Positions 37,420-50,934 of a DNA stretch of 64,000 nucleotides are shown piece by piece (positions within the stretch are counted from its first letter, which is position 1; each line of letters begins with the position of its first letter). The notes under the pieces are model-generated. The model made no database searches and was not told the origin of the DNA. It worked only from the letters and a program-made list of their open reading frames with translations. The position numbers and the translations under genes were made by a program. Origin of the DNA: Octopus vulgaris. Taxonomy: Eukaryota. The stretch covers positions 113,274,001 to 113,338,000 of the forward strand of contig OX597818.1 of NCBI GenBank assembly GCA_951406725.2. Direction: 5' to 3'.

Positions 37420-37760
37420 GAGGCTGATAACATCATAAGAGTAGGGGAGCGAACCCCTACCATCTCCTAACGAGCTAGCGTGCAGACGTGTGCAGAAGCG
37501 AGCTGCTATTATCTCTCGCAGACGAGGTGTCCAGTACGGAGGAGTAGCAGAAATAGCCCGAAACCAGGCCTGGTCTACAGGTCCGGTCGCAAGAAGATGG
37601 TTAGGGTGCGTTCCCCTGCTCGCAATTTGATCGGATGCAGCTGTGCATCGTTAACCAGCTAGAGGAGATGTCCACTTGGAGCTAAAAAATCTCAGTAGAG
37701 TTCGCTTGAACGAACAACCATGTTAAAGTGGCGACGAATATTACTTGTCAGTACAACTAC
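37420..37760 (+). other. GC-rich structured island, possibly a retrotransposon 5' UTR
   Basis: Long-range stem 37439-37465/37595-37621, internal hairpins and the palindrome ACCAGGCCTGGT. Confidence 0.5.
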
Positions 37761-37818
37761 TGCGCTGATCGCTTATAAGGATTTTAAACCTAGCGTTTTT
37801 GCTTGTTATATACATATA

Positions 37819-38647
37819 TAGGATGGGTGGAAAGTAATTAGGCATTATAAATTACCTGTAAAACTTTTAGTATCACTGAAATCATGTCGAAAACATTTTT
37901 TAAACAGACAAGACTAATGGAGATTTTTTATTTTCTTATCGTCGTATTTCTTATTTTCCAGATGACCGGTCGCTTGACTGTTCAGGAGTGAGCTAAGATA
38001 GCTGCGCGCTATGAAGTGTGGAATTCCATTGTTTTGCTGCAGAGGCGGTGGCGTGCATGGAAAGGTACGCCCGGAGACAATGAAAAGTTGTCATGCAAAG
38101 CTGATGACCACGGGCTCTTTGAACGATGCAAGAAATGGCCGTCCAACCACATACCGATCCAGCGGAGAACGTGGAAACAGTGCAGAAAATGTTTAATCGC
38201 ATCCCGTCAAGCAGCTCGTGAAAGTGGACTAACAAGACACACAATATGTAGGGTGTTGCATAAAGAAATGAATTTTCGTCCGTGGAAACCCCATTACGTG
38301 CAGGGGATAAAACCTCAGGGCACGACGTGGACCACATGAATGGCTTCCATGAAGTCCAGATCTTACTCCATGTGATTTTGACCTGTGGGGTTACACAAAA
38401 GAGGTGTACAAGACAAAATCTCGCACACTGCGGACTTGGAGACACGGATTCAGGAGGTTCTCAATGATATCCCAGAGGATGTCCTTCAGAAGGTTGTTCA
38501 TTCCATCCTTAGCCGTTTGAGGAAACTGGCTGACGCCACTGGTGCTAACATTGAAAAAGATCAGGTATCATTTGTTTCAATAGATTTGTAAAAGCAATAT
38601 GGATTTTAATACCAATTTTGAATTCCTACTTACTTTTCGCCCATGTA
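37819..38647 (+). mobile_element. Internally deleted Tc1/mariner-superfamily element with both TIRs
   Basis: TIR ATGGGTGGAAAGTAATTAGGCATT vs reverse complement ATGGGCGAAAAGTAAGTAGGAATT. N-terminal MTGRLTVQE*AKIAARYEVWNS...TGSLNDARNGRP...SRQAARESGL...FRPWK is fused to C-terminal WLP*SPDLTPCDFDLWGY. Confidence 0.88.
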
Positions 38648-41089
38648 CGCATGCATGTGTGTATATCTGTGTATGTACGTTATGTATTTTGTCTATAAAG
38701 GAATTATTTACGGAATTTACATTATCATAATATTTATGCATGTATATTGCATTATTGATTTGTTGGTTTTAGTTATAGATTGCTGTCATAACATTTACAG
38801 TTTTTACGTATTTTTTCTTTAGCCGTATTCATCCCAATCTTTTTTATAAAATTAGTACATGTTTTATCCCCTTCCCTGTGTGGTACCACAAAATTTATGT
38901 CAATTAAAGGAACACAACTCAAACAACATAGTCACACAAGCATTCGCAAATACATACATTCAACAGAATATATACATGTGTATTGGTTTATAAGCACGTA
39001 TGTATGCGTGTATTTATGTAGAAACGCTACAGTAGAAAGCTTGCATGCATAAAGCATTTGTCTGTGAACTAAATTCATTCTCAACAAAAGCAGTTATTTT
39101 ATAGCCATGTAAACATTAGTGGGGCCTTTCTCTACTGTTATGCTGATATTTGATTTATTCATTTTCTCTATTCAATTACGTTTTCGTTTCAAATGATATT
39201 AGAACTTTAGGCTGGTTCCAAGTATCTGACATTTTAAATTCATTTCTTTTTCTTTAAAGCTGTCTGGTTCTATTTAACTGAAGTATGTCACACATACCGT
39301 TCATCTACTTAATAGTCGTGTGGTTACTCAGAAAGGTTTAATTCATAACAAACACTCTATTAGTGACAGCCGACAGGAAATTGAGAGCCCCGTTTTGTCT
39401 CCATTTCTATAGAAGTATTGAAACGGTAACAACATAGCTGAATGCCGTCATTGATAGCGCTAATGCCAAATGTTATAGGAATGTTTGTGCAGCGTTACAT
39501 CTTGGATGTCCTGCTGTTTTAGTTCTTATTTTTATATTTCTCAATTCTACATCAAGCGATGTCATCGACGACGGTGATGATCATGATGACGACGATGAAG
39601 AAGAAGGAACCATTTACAAATCCAAATAGGTGGTATAATAGCAAATATGAATATGTTTGATTCAGAGCATTAAAATTATTGAGTGTTAGAGTGTTAAACT
39701 GTAATAGTAATATTTCAGTTGCTGAATTTGGCAAACACTGTAGCGCAGTATATAACGAATCGGAGAAATAAACGATACCGAATTATCATTATTGAATTTA
39801 ATGCTAAGAAGTCGATGTTTCTCAGTAGAATAAAAAATGCGTTTCTTTAAAGAAAAATACTTCTTTTATAGAAATAAGATGAAAAAACAAATACTTAATT
39901 ACTATTGCTTCATTCGTATCTTTTCGGAATTTCTTTTGTAACAATAGTGTGTTAATACAATAGAATGTTGTCATAGATTTAATTGTATACATTTTGGTAT
40001 GCACTTGTACCAGTGGATTTCATTTATCGTCTAAAGCATTCTTCTAACCTCGTTTATAGATCAGATTAAAAGGGAAGATAATGAGGAGAGTTCTAAGTGC
40101 TTCAAGAGATGTGTATAAAAGATGAGTGATCATATAGAATTTGTTTGATTGGGTATTTATAGGCAGAAAGCACATATGACTGGTGAAAATGAGTAGGTTG
40201 TATCTAAAATGCTTGAAGCCCATTAGAATATTGGCAGACAGAAAGTTTTGGCACAGCCTCAGGTTTAATGCCAGAGAGTGAATCAGTGCCAATTTTTAAA
40301 TGTGGCGAATGGACACAAAAATGGACGAGAAACATCTAATAGATGTTTTTAGTTGTTAATTATTTCATATATACTTAGCGAATTTCTTTACATTTCAGTG
40401 GATTATAGGAGAACTCCACTGGAAAATGGAAAATATATAAGTGTAACAATAGTGTCTGTTTCTTAGTGGTGAGTGAATTGATTTTATTTGTGGATTCCAC
40501 TTACAACGAGTAAATATGAGAAGTGTGAAATATATTTAGCTTATAAACGTTTTGAAAATGTCAAATTCGAAAGCATTTACACACACACACACAAACTCAC
40601 ATACGCACATACACGCACATATATATTTGTTTGCAGTTCCGTGTGTGTGTATGTGCAATTGTGTAAAAATATTAGTATTCTTAAATATGTTTCAAAAAGA
40701 TACGATTTTTTGCAAAAAATATCAATTTGTTTCGAAGCCATATCAATGGGCAAAGACATTTTTCTAATATTCACACACGTAGGTTGAAAATAGATTTGGA
40801 AATACTAAATACATTCTCATAAACATTAATATGTTTTTAATTTCTTTATAAGGTTGCATATTTGGATGTACCACATCGTGGTGCAGATTTGTCTGTCTAG
40901 ATACAAGAAACGGATACTGTTGTCTTGTTTAAATGATCTTTCATTCTGTCAGCATTTTATTGTATTTCTTATTTTGATGGCTGCCCAAGAATTTCGTTGC
41001 AAGTTGTGTTACTTATTCTGTTATCGTGCATATGCACACATTATCATTGTTATTTTCTTGGAAAAGAAAAATCCTAACATGGGGCTACA

Positions 41090-42215
41090 ACAAATAAACT
41101 CAATTGCCAAGAACCTTCCTAAGTATTCTAGCTGTCCCTTAAAACACTGTTGTTTTAACTGTACTAAACTGGGTTTTATGCCTATTTCCTCTATCCATGT
41201 GTTCAAATCATTAGAGATAGTTCCCGATGCACCTATAACTACTGGAATACATTTTACTCTGTAATTCAATGGCGAGGGCCAGGTACTTTGCTATTTTTTC
41301 TATACCTCTCATATTGATTGTTTCATCATTTGGGATTGTAACGTCAATTAACTGGCACTTCCTAATCCCTTTATCTACTACTACTAAATCAACCCTTCTA
41401 GATTCTATTACTCTGTCAGTCGGAACGTTAAAGTCCCACAACATTTTGTATTTTTTTACTTTCTAGTTCTTTACAATGTTCATGTTCATACCCTTTATCA
41501 ATTTTTTAAAATCCTAGTTTTCTACATAATTCCCAGTGGATTTCTCTCCCTAGGTTGTCATGAGTTGTCTTGTATTATTTCTGTGCCTGCATGCTACATT
41601 CACTTACTACATTAGTAATGCTTTCCTCTTTTGATTTGCATAATCTACATTGGGATTCTTCTTGGGTTTTGTCTACCTTGGCTTTTATCCAATTATCCTT
41701 GATGCTTGATCTTATGCTGCTATAAACAAACTCTTTGTCTCCCTTTCCAGCTTTCCTTTCTGCAATCATAACCATGTCACACTACTGCTATTAGCGCCAA
41801 CTATCTTTGGGAAGCTACTCGTCAAAGGCTTTCCCTGCCAGTCAGGTAATTTTTGTTCCTTTTCCTGGTTTTTAACTTCGTTTTGATTTTTGCATTCCTT
41901 ATGTCTTGCTGTGACTTTAGCAGCTTTTAATGAACTTTCTTCACTATTACCAATATCGAAGTTCATATCTACTCTAGTTAACTCCACGCAATCTTCTACT
42001 GATATTAACTATCTTCGGCCTTCCTTTCTAGTTAAGTGTAATCTTGCTACTCCTGATCTTTGGTGAAGTCCTCCATCCATGTTCAATTCCTTCCTAGTTC
42101 CTCTGTCGAACTTTGTTAATTTAGTTTTTGTCCAAATTACAAAAGCTGTTGAGAATCTAATTAATAATATTGCCCAAGTGGTATTGAGCAGAATATTTGC
42201 TGTAGCCCATCTTTT
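41090..42215 (-). mobile_element. Decayed Dong/R4-type LINE, 3' portion (thumb, CCHC knuckle, endonuclease)
   Basis: DRGTRKELNMDGGLHQRSGVARLHLTRKEGRR, CRLCKSKEESITNVVSEC, ILWDFNVPTDRVIESRRVDLVVVDK..CQLIDVTIP, IPVVIGASG. Confidence 0.92.
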
Positions 42216-42289
42216 ATACCAAAACAAAACAATGTACATGATAACAGTTTCAATCAGTAAAAGATCAGAAGCAATGTGAACCACTGCCT

Positions 42290-42544
42290 GGCATTGCATC
42301 AGGCCATTAGAACTGCATCAGAGCATTGTACTGCATCAGGGCATTACTACTGCATCAGAGCATTAGTACTGCATCAGGGCATTGTAATACATTAGGGCAT
42401 TAGTACTGCATCAGAGCACTACTACTGCATCAGAGCATTAATACTGTATCAAGGCGTTAATACTGCATCAGAAAGCATTAGTACTGCTTCAGGGCACAAG
42501 TGCTGCATCAGGGTGTTAGTAATGCATCAGGGCATTGTACTGCA
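42290..42544. repeat. Minisatellite with ~18-20-bp unit
   Basis: Roughly a dozen diverged copies of GCATTAGTACTGCATCAG(G/A)G. Confidence 0.92.
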
Positions 42545-43127
42545 TATTACTCCTATACTATCGACTAGATAGAAATTGCTGCCAAACTAGAACACGTAAC
42601 CTACAGCAGGCATCGTATTGTTATGGTCCAACACTGCTTCTTGTCCTGTTGGATCCTCATTTTTAGCGCAACCAGTATTATTTCTTCAAGTGCCACATTC
42701 TGCTTCTTCCAATATCAAGTCCTTATATTTCGCAAACTCACATTTGGCTGGTAAAGCCTGAAATATTTTCTTTATGACAATGTGTGATATAGAAATTTTT
42801 CAACGAAACAGGATAGCAGCAACCTTTTCGGAGGATTAATTCATAACTCGTGTTTGAAATGTGAACAGCGAAAGCTGCTTAAACTAAGAACACTTCCTTT
42901 GAAAAGTGAATGTCATCCTGTTTATTTTTCAATTCTATCATAGAATCTTTTGTTTTTAATTTATCAATATTCTCTGAATATTTTGACTATATGGAATCTA
43001 TACAAAAGCAATATGTGTATGTGTGTGTATGGAGATGTATGTATGGAGAAAGATCCGGTTTCTAACCTAGATCTAAGGCTCCTTCATTGGAATTTCAACA
43101 TTAACAACAAGGTATTTTTGCTCGTAT

Positions 43128-43245
43128 GTAGGTAGGTAAGTATGTATGAAGGTACGTAAGTAGGTAGGTAGGTAGGTAGGTAGGTAGGTAGGTAGGTAGG
43201 TAGGTAGGTAGGTAGGTAGGTAGGTAGGATGGTAGGCAGGTAGGT
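43128..43245. repeat. (GGTA)n microsatellite
   Basis: Directly visible. Confidence 0.95.
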
Positions 43246-43364
43246 ATATGTGCAGATTTGTATGTTTTGCTTTATGTATGTATTCTCTTGCATAGAGTTG
43301 CATATACACTCTTGACATATATATTGACATGATATTTCTTTGAGTAATAATATTTAATATAGTC

Positions 43365-43575
43365 AAGTCGGTAATCTGGCAGAATCGTTAGCACTCCGGG
43401 CGAAATGCTTAATGGTATTTCGTCTGTCTTTATGTTCTGAGTTGAAATTCCGCCGATGTCAACTTTGCCTTTCATCCTTTCAGGGTAGATAAATACAGTA
43501 CCAGTTACGTACTGGGGTCGGTCTAATCCACTGGCACCCTACCCTAAAATGTCGGGCCTTGGGCCTAGAATAGAA
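43365..43575 (+). mobile_element. SINE family A (A2) with 19-bp TSD
   Basis: Flanked by AATAATATTTAATATAGTC at 43346-43364 and 43576-43594. Confidence 0.92.
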
Positions 43576-43909
43576 AATAATATTTAATATAGTCGTTAGT
43601 TATGGCCGGTTAGAGAGTTAACATTGTAACCACGTCCGTTATTGCTCTTAACAGTGGAGTCGACTTATCAGATCCGTTGGCGGACGGTGGTTAGAATAAA
43701 ATGACATTATATGTTGTTTTGTGTATTATATGAAACTAAATATATTTCATGTAACTGATTTACGATAAACTCTTTGATTCACTTAGATGTAAATTTTGTT
43801 CTTTAAGTTTCTCATTTTTTTTCTTTGTTACCCTTCTAGTTTATAAATTTTCCATAACACATTATAGCAAAATGCCTTTGTCCACAGATAGTTTCCTTAA
43901 ATTTTACCG

Positions 43910-44235
43910 AACAGGTGATTATGTGGAACCTAACTATGCACTAGGATGAACATGAGAAAGAGGCTCGTGAAAGAAGGGTTATGCGAAGAAACTGGTAAAC
44001 CAGAGCAAGCGAAGTGACGGAGGGCATGTTGTGAACCGATTAAAGTCATCCCCAGATGTTTTGTGGGTCGTTCTCAGCAAAGATCTGTCTGGGCTTAGAG
44101 TCACTGTAGCAGCAAAGTGGATGTCCATACATTGCATCAGCGAAGGCTTTTGGTGGTTTTTGGATAAAGCGGGTGATCCAGGGGTTTGCTGCAAGTGGGA
44201 TGAAGTTGTCGGTGAAATCAAATAATCGAATCTGT
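43910..44235 (-). mobile_element. Possible decayed Ty3/Gypsy integrase fragment
   Basis: Weak resemblance across frames: PKAFADA..., RFTT...LVYQFLR vs the integrase pattern AKAF...RTTAYHP..NGLVERFHR. Confidence 0.3.
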
Positions 44236-45375
44236 ATTAGCGTAAACGTTTCGAATCCTTTAAGAACCACCACCCCCATCCACCAAAAATAAACACTACT
44301 GATAATTCATCTCAGAGCATTTTTTAAGATGTATCTTGAACTATAAAACTTTTTGGGGTGGGGCTCATTAAGAGTAATCCATGCTCAATCTGTTAAATAA
44401 GTGTTGAATGATATTCCGAAGAACGTAGATTAAGTGTAAACTCTTTTAATATCCACTCGCTTTTATTTTGGTTACTGTGCAGGATGCATAATTGCATTTG
44501 AGATTTAATTCGTAAAATACAATGTACTTCCTTGTTAGATCCGTTATGTAATAAAGGATAATATGAAAGAGGTAACTTATTTAGTTGATTAAGAGATGGA
44601 AATATTATAAGTGTCTATGTATGCCATTGACTGGAAAATCATGTATTTTGATACAGCTATTGCAGCTGAACACACACAAAGCCAACACAAAGAAATGTAA
44701 TGGCACTCAGGGCACAAATGCATTGGGAAAACACGGGTAATTTCTCATGACATTGCTTCTCTCAAGATTCTATCGATAATCGACAATATGTTCTTTATAC
44801 GCAAACATTTATCTTTTTTTTTGTCTTGAAGATATTCAATGAAGTTCACCCCCATCTCATCTCTGCATCCAACATAATTTACTCAATTTTCGCTTCACAC
44901 AAATCAACTTTGACATACACAACCGCTACATATGTATTACTAATTCGCATACCTAATCGAGCCGATACAAATATCCAACTAATCTGTGTACAGAAATCAC
45001 TTTGTCATCATTTGTTATCTTTGAGACTTTTAGTTTATCCAAAATTGGTTCTATCAAATCTTATTCTACAACTCTTCCAACATTCAGATTATAACCACAT
45101 TACGCATTCTCCTTCTTGAACTTTTCTCCCCTTAGATCTTTCCCATATTCTCATCAATTCATATTTTCGTTTGTATAGTTGTGTAAATTATTGGCTAGCA
45201 TCCAGGCTTTCATTTGGTTCTGCTTTGTTATATACATTGGCTGTTATCGTATCACTTCTTCTTCACTTATATTTTCAATGTTTATTCCTTTCATTGTCTT
45301 GTTGTCTGTAACTTTCATTTTTTGTTTCATGACTCTATTTCCGTATTCTAATTTATTTTTTCATATATATTTACG

Positions 45376-45392
45376 CACATATATATATATAA

Positions 45393-45446
<54 letters not shown>

Positions 45447-45563
45447 ATATATACATATATATATATATATAAACATATATACATATATATATATATATAA
45501 ACATATATACATATATATATATATATATATAAACATATATACATATATATATATATATATATA

Positions 45564-45618
<55 letters not shown>

Positions 45619-45732
45619 ATATATATATATATAAACATATATACATATATATATATAAACATATATACATATATATATATAAACATATATACATATATAT
45701 ATATAAACATATATACATATATATATATAAAC

Positions 45733-45765
<33 letters not shown>

Positions 45766-46165
45766 AACATATATACATATATATATATATAAACATATAT
45801 ACATATATATATATATATATATAAACATATATACATATATATATATAAACATATATACATATATATATAAACATATATACATATATATATATAAACATAT
45901 ATACATATATATATATAAACATATATACATATATATATATATAAACATATATACATATATATATATAAACATATATACATATATATATATATATAAACAT
46001 ATATACATATATATATATAAACATATATACATATATATATATATAAACATATATACATATATATATATAAACATATATAACCATATATGTACATATATGG
46101 TTATATATGTATATATATACCTCTGTGTGTGCGCGTTATATATAAGTATATATGTATACGTATGA

Positions 46166-46247
<82 letters not shown>

Positions 46248-46260
46248 ATATATATATGTG
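45376..46260. repeat. Long TA-rich satellite with higher-order unit AAACATATATAC(AT)n
   Basis: Directly visible; source of the 237-309 aa Y/I ORFs. Confidence 0.96.
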
Positions 46261-47639
46261 CCTGTTTGTGTATGTATGAGTATATTTCACTTGCTAATTT
46301 GTCAGGACGTACGTTCAGACAGTTCGGGGCTCCTCACTTACAATATCCTTGTATTCTGATGCGATAAAAGAAATTAATATTTAAAGGCAAACGGAAATAC
46401 AAACAACAAGCGCAAATACAACCTACAAAGATGCAAAACAATGAAAATAAAATCAAAGCTATAAACATTGGAATCATGATTCGCGAATATACACAAAAAC
46501 AAAACATAACAAACGTTCGAAAAGGAGATGCCGACAGACCTACTGACTGGTATCTAAGAATTTAGAAACTAAAATACACAAAAGAGAAAAAAATGAATTG
46601 AATAGATTATGAGAAATGTCTCAGAACAGGAAATTCTAAAGAGAAAAATGTTTAATAGCGTAATAATCTAAATGTTGAAATAGTTACAGAAATATAAAAA
46701 AAGGAACGATACCCGACCTGCTTTTTGGATAAAGCCTTAACAAATATAAAACGTTATAAGAAACCCCCACAACAATCCGAGTAATGATATTACTATATCC
46801 ACGGTTATCCAAATAATCGGTGCAGAAGACATAGTGTTACCAAGGGAAATATATTCCTCAAACTATAAAAGAATGTAGTTATGTAAAAGTATTGAAAGGG
46901 AAATTATTTTGTAATGATATATGTTCTGAGCGCCATTTTCTCCATTTACACCTTCATTTCGGGATGGGTCTTGACAAGAAGCAAATCAATGATGATGAAT
47001 CTGAAAAGGAAACTCCTTGACTTCAATCCTTAAGTTTCCTTTACTAGAAAACCACTTTCACCTCAGCAACAAACACAGAAAAACTACATGTCCTTCCTCG
47101 CCAAAGGAATGAATCAACGGCGAGAATGGAGTTATAGCCGATCATGGTGAAGCTTCCCCACCTGGTACGTCTGAAACTGCTCGCATCAGGGACAGGGATC
47201 TGACCTCGGACGGTCGTTATGTCACAACAGATCACATACACGTTGTACGCAAAAGCAGGCCTAAGTAGACTAAGGAAGAGTACGCTACACGTATTGGATG
47301 TCATAAATGAGCAAAGCTGGAAAGAAGTTGCGGAGTGGGCCGACTTACCTTGAAATTTTGGATGGAAAAGGACATGTGTCCAATGTAAATAAAATGATGA
47401 ATCAAGTGAGTGTGATTAGGAGGATGGGTTGCATAACTGGAGTAGAAACATCTCAGATTAGTGAGAGTCTGAGAGACCCTGCGGATGGGCTACAAAGGAT
47501 GATGGGGTTTGAAAACAGAGAGGTAGGATTTGAAAGCAAGGAGAAAATCAGACAGAAGGAACAGAGGAATAGTGATGGGGCTGTTAAGGATGAGGAACAG
47601 GAAAGTTATACAATGAACTACAAGAAATGTAACGTGTTT

Positions 47640-47965
47640 TCTGAATAGAATGTGGTGGGGTGGAAAACTGAGTTGACATCCTATGGGAAAAGCTTGAGTC
47701 ATCCGAGCATCAGGAGAGGGGTCTTCCAGGGTGATAGCTTATCTCGGTACTTTTCGTTCTGTACATGATCCCTTTGAACTTGGTACTTAGGAAAATGAAC
47801 CTGGGATATCAGCAAAAGGGAAAATCTCAAACAGTCAACCACTTCCTGTTCATTAATGATTTGAAGCTGTATGACAAGGATGAGACACAAGTGAGTTCTT
47901 TGATGAACAGGGTCCACAACTTTAGTGCTTATATGTGAATGGAATTCGGACTGAAGTAGTGTGTA
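47640..47965 (+). mobile_element. Dong/R4-type reverse transcriptase fragment
   Basis: IRRGVFQGDSLS...MIPL..VLRKMNLGY...VNHFLFINDLKLYDKDE...MEFGLK*C with frameshifts; upstream 47.0-47.6 kb may be the same element's N-terminal remnant. Confidence 0.85.
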
Positions 47966-48584
47966 ATAAAGTCCAAACATTTCGTTTACTTTCTGCTAGA
48001 ATATGTATCACTGTCAAACACTTTCGACAGAAGTTTCGCAACGTTTTATGCATTAGTATATTTCATATCATTGTATAACCTAGGCACCATACAACCTAAC
48101 CCATTTTTGTTCTCTTTTACGCAGTTATACCTTAACCAGTATCGTAGAACGTCATTAGAGGAAAAATCTATTGGAGAACATTGGAATATCTTCCAATCTG
48201 CAAATGATAATCAAATGGAAATTACACTGTAGGTGCTGAAAGAATTTGCAAAAACAATATTCGTAAATAGACAAATTAAGAACATACGTCAAACTAGACA
48301 TAGGAATAAATATTACATTTACATTACAACTAGACTTGCGAATTTTATGCAAATCTATTGTGAAAGAATAGAATAATAAACACATAAATACAAGTTTAAA
48401 TAGAGAGCTGACACTTTAAATTAATACTTAACGCAGACATAAATACAAAATTAATTAACGTAATAACAATCAACAGTGATTCCGTGATAACGTTATGTTA
48501 CTGATATCACTTGATCATTTGATTAAGCAGACTACATCACTGATCACAATGAGCTTTTTATCATTTTTAACTTTCGAGTAATGC

Positions 48585-48960
48585 CCACTGCTGACTAGGC
48601 GAACATGCCAACAAACCCTGATTGAAAGGTTAGTCCGTTGCAGCATTACGTATTTCTTTACTACCCACAAGGGGCTAAACACAGAGGGGACAAACAAGGA
48701 CAAACAAACGGATTAAGTCGATTATATCGACTCCAGTGCGTAACTGGTACTTATTTAATCGACCCCGAAAGGATGAAAGGCAAAGTAGACCTCGACGGAA
48801 TTTGAACCCAGAACGTAACGGCAGACGAAATACCGCAAAGCATTTCGCCCGGCGTGCTAACGTTTCTGCCAGCTCGCCGCCTTCGTAGCAGCATTACCAT
48901 TTTACAGCTGAATGTACTGGAGCAACGTGAAATAAAGTGTTTCGCTCAAGAACACAACTC
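48585..48960 (-). mobile_element. SINE A1 (48650-48882) nested in a SINE family D remnant
   Basis: A1 copy flanked by GCAGCATTAC at 48640-48649 and 48888-48897; the flank continues with GAAATAAAGTG..CGCTCAAGAACACAAC as at 16600-16630. Confidence 0.88.
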
Positions 48961-49939
48961 TCATGACTGTTAATGCAACACGCGTAAATGCTGCGCCACT
49001 TGCCTTCGCATATTGTTAATATCAGTTTCTTAATTAGATTCTAAAGGAAATAGAAAGATTACACAAAACCATACAAAAGAGAACACACTGTGAAGCTGTA
49101 CCGGGCGACACTCGGTAATGAAGCACACCCAAGGAAACGGCACGACGATCCAAGAATTAAAACCATTCTGCATATTCCCTCAATCTTCTCTTTATTTTTA
49201 TTCTTACAGAACCAATTCGTGTCATACAAGCTCCGATGTCTTTCTGGCTTTATATTTAGTCTTAAAGACAAAACCAGCACATCGTTCCTCAAATCAGCAA
49301 GGGTTTCTTCTAATTGCGCTCTCCGGACCCAGTGGGAACCCCTCCACTACTTTATTATTATATATGTAATTTATTCATTTGTGCAAAACGGAATGGTATT
49401 CTCCTTCTTGTTCACCCTACACTTAAATCACAATATTCATTATTCTTTCCTTCCGGTGATAATTCCTTTGCCGTGCCTCTGCTGGTTGACAATACTGGCA
49501 GAAGCTGTACTATTATTTCGTTTTAAAGTGTTTTAAAGTATTTATTATTTATCACCATTTTCACCTGTATTTCCCAAAGTGTAAATACCTATGTTTACAA
49601 ATGTGTCCCTTTTTAGTTTCATTTAGCTAGTCAGATCGTGTTTTCTTAATTGGTTTCGTTTTGGAGGCCATATTCTTCGTTGCTGCCCTTATGAATTGTG
49701 TATCATCCTACTTCCAGGGAATTTACCTCTTGAATTTCTAAAGGCAATGTATCAGAAAATTATAACATAGAAAACCTCCGGGCGTTCAAACTTGCAAAAT
49801 GTTTTTGTTTTGTTTTTTATTTTATTTTATTTTACTTATTTGTTTGTTTGTCGTTTGTCATGAACTGCACGTGCTCTATCTTGCGATTCTGTTCATCTGA
49901 AGCATCCAACCACAATAGAAATAACACTGGCCAAGAGCG

Positions 49940-49974
49940 GCAGCAGTAACACCAGCAGCAGCAACATTAGTAGC

Positions 49975-50011
<37 letters not shown>

Positions 50012-50109
50012 AGGGAGCGGATAGAGAGGAAACAGAGGAGAGTAGGCAAAGAGGCGGAGGAGGGGAGGAGGAGAAGGAGGAGGAGGAGGAGGAGGAGGAA
50101 GAGGAAGAG

Positions 50110-50144
<35 letters not shown>

Positions 50145-50170
50145 GGAAATGGGGTGGGAAGAGGGGGAAT
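49940..50170. repeat. (AGC/AGT)n and (GAG/GAA)n low-complexity tract
   Basis: Directly visible. Confidence 0.92.
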
Positions 50171-50934
50171 GATGACGAAAGACGAAGGCGGAGGTGAAGG
50201 AAGACGAAGAAGTATTGGATGAGGATAAGATGAAAAGTGAGGGGCATCGATTTGATTTCCATGTGTGAGAGAATTATATGTTTGTACGTTCTTCGTAGGG
50301 TGACTCTCTTGAAAAATCGTAAATACCGAATTTCAGGAACATTTATTATAGTAAAACTACAATCGGGAATTTCCAGGATTATATTCTATTTTCCTGGAAT
50401 CCCCAACTAATCATGAATTGCAAGCTTCTTTTAAATGCCCTGATGATTCAGTAAACCGTCTTTTACGATATTTGATTATTTCCCTCAAAGATGTTTTCTC
50501 ACGAGCCAATAGGGTTGAAACACAGGAAAGACCTTAAAAAAAAAGCAGCCGAATGAAAATATATTTCTTTATAAAACGAAGACATTAAAATTATTCAGTA
50601 AATAGTATTACGTTTAACTGCTATTGAACGCATTCTTTACCGGGAAAGATACACCAGTATTTGGGGTAGATATTTGGTTTTACACCAGAATCGATCTTAG
50701 CGATATTATTTTGAGAACATTATCGATGTTTCTATATATCAGAGGTTATCAACTGCTTTTTTATTTACTAGTGGACACCTCGCGTTCCTATTTTACGCTA
50801 ATGGACCCTCATAGCTATTCTATGTTTTGAAAAAAAAATCATATATCAGAACAGCCATGTTATGTTGGCAAAAATCTTTACTCCAAAGTACTGTTGATAA
50901 ATATCTCTCGTTGTGAGGTTTACAAACAGTAAAT

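Noticed and set aside
40851-40935. Acceptor-like TTTCTTTATAG followed by VAYLDVPHRGADLSV
   Set aside because: In-frame stop after 15 codons and no donor site.
42290-42544. CRISPR-like periodicity
   Set aside because: Units are contiguous with no unique spacers, no cas genes, eukaryotic context.
45348-46290. 237-309 aa Tyr/Ile ORFs
   Set aside because: Translations of TA-rich satellite.
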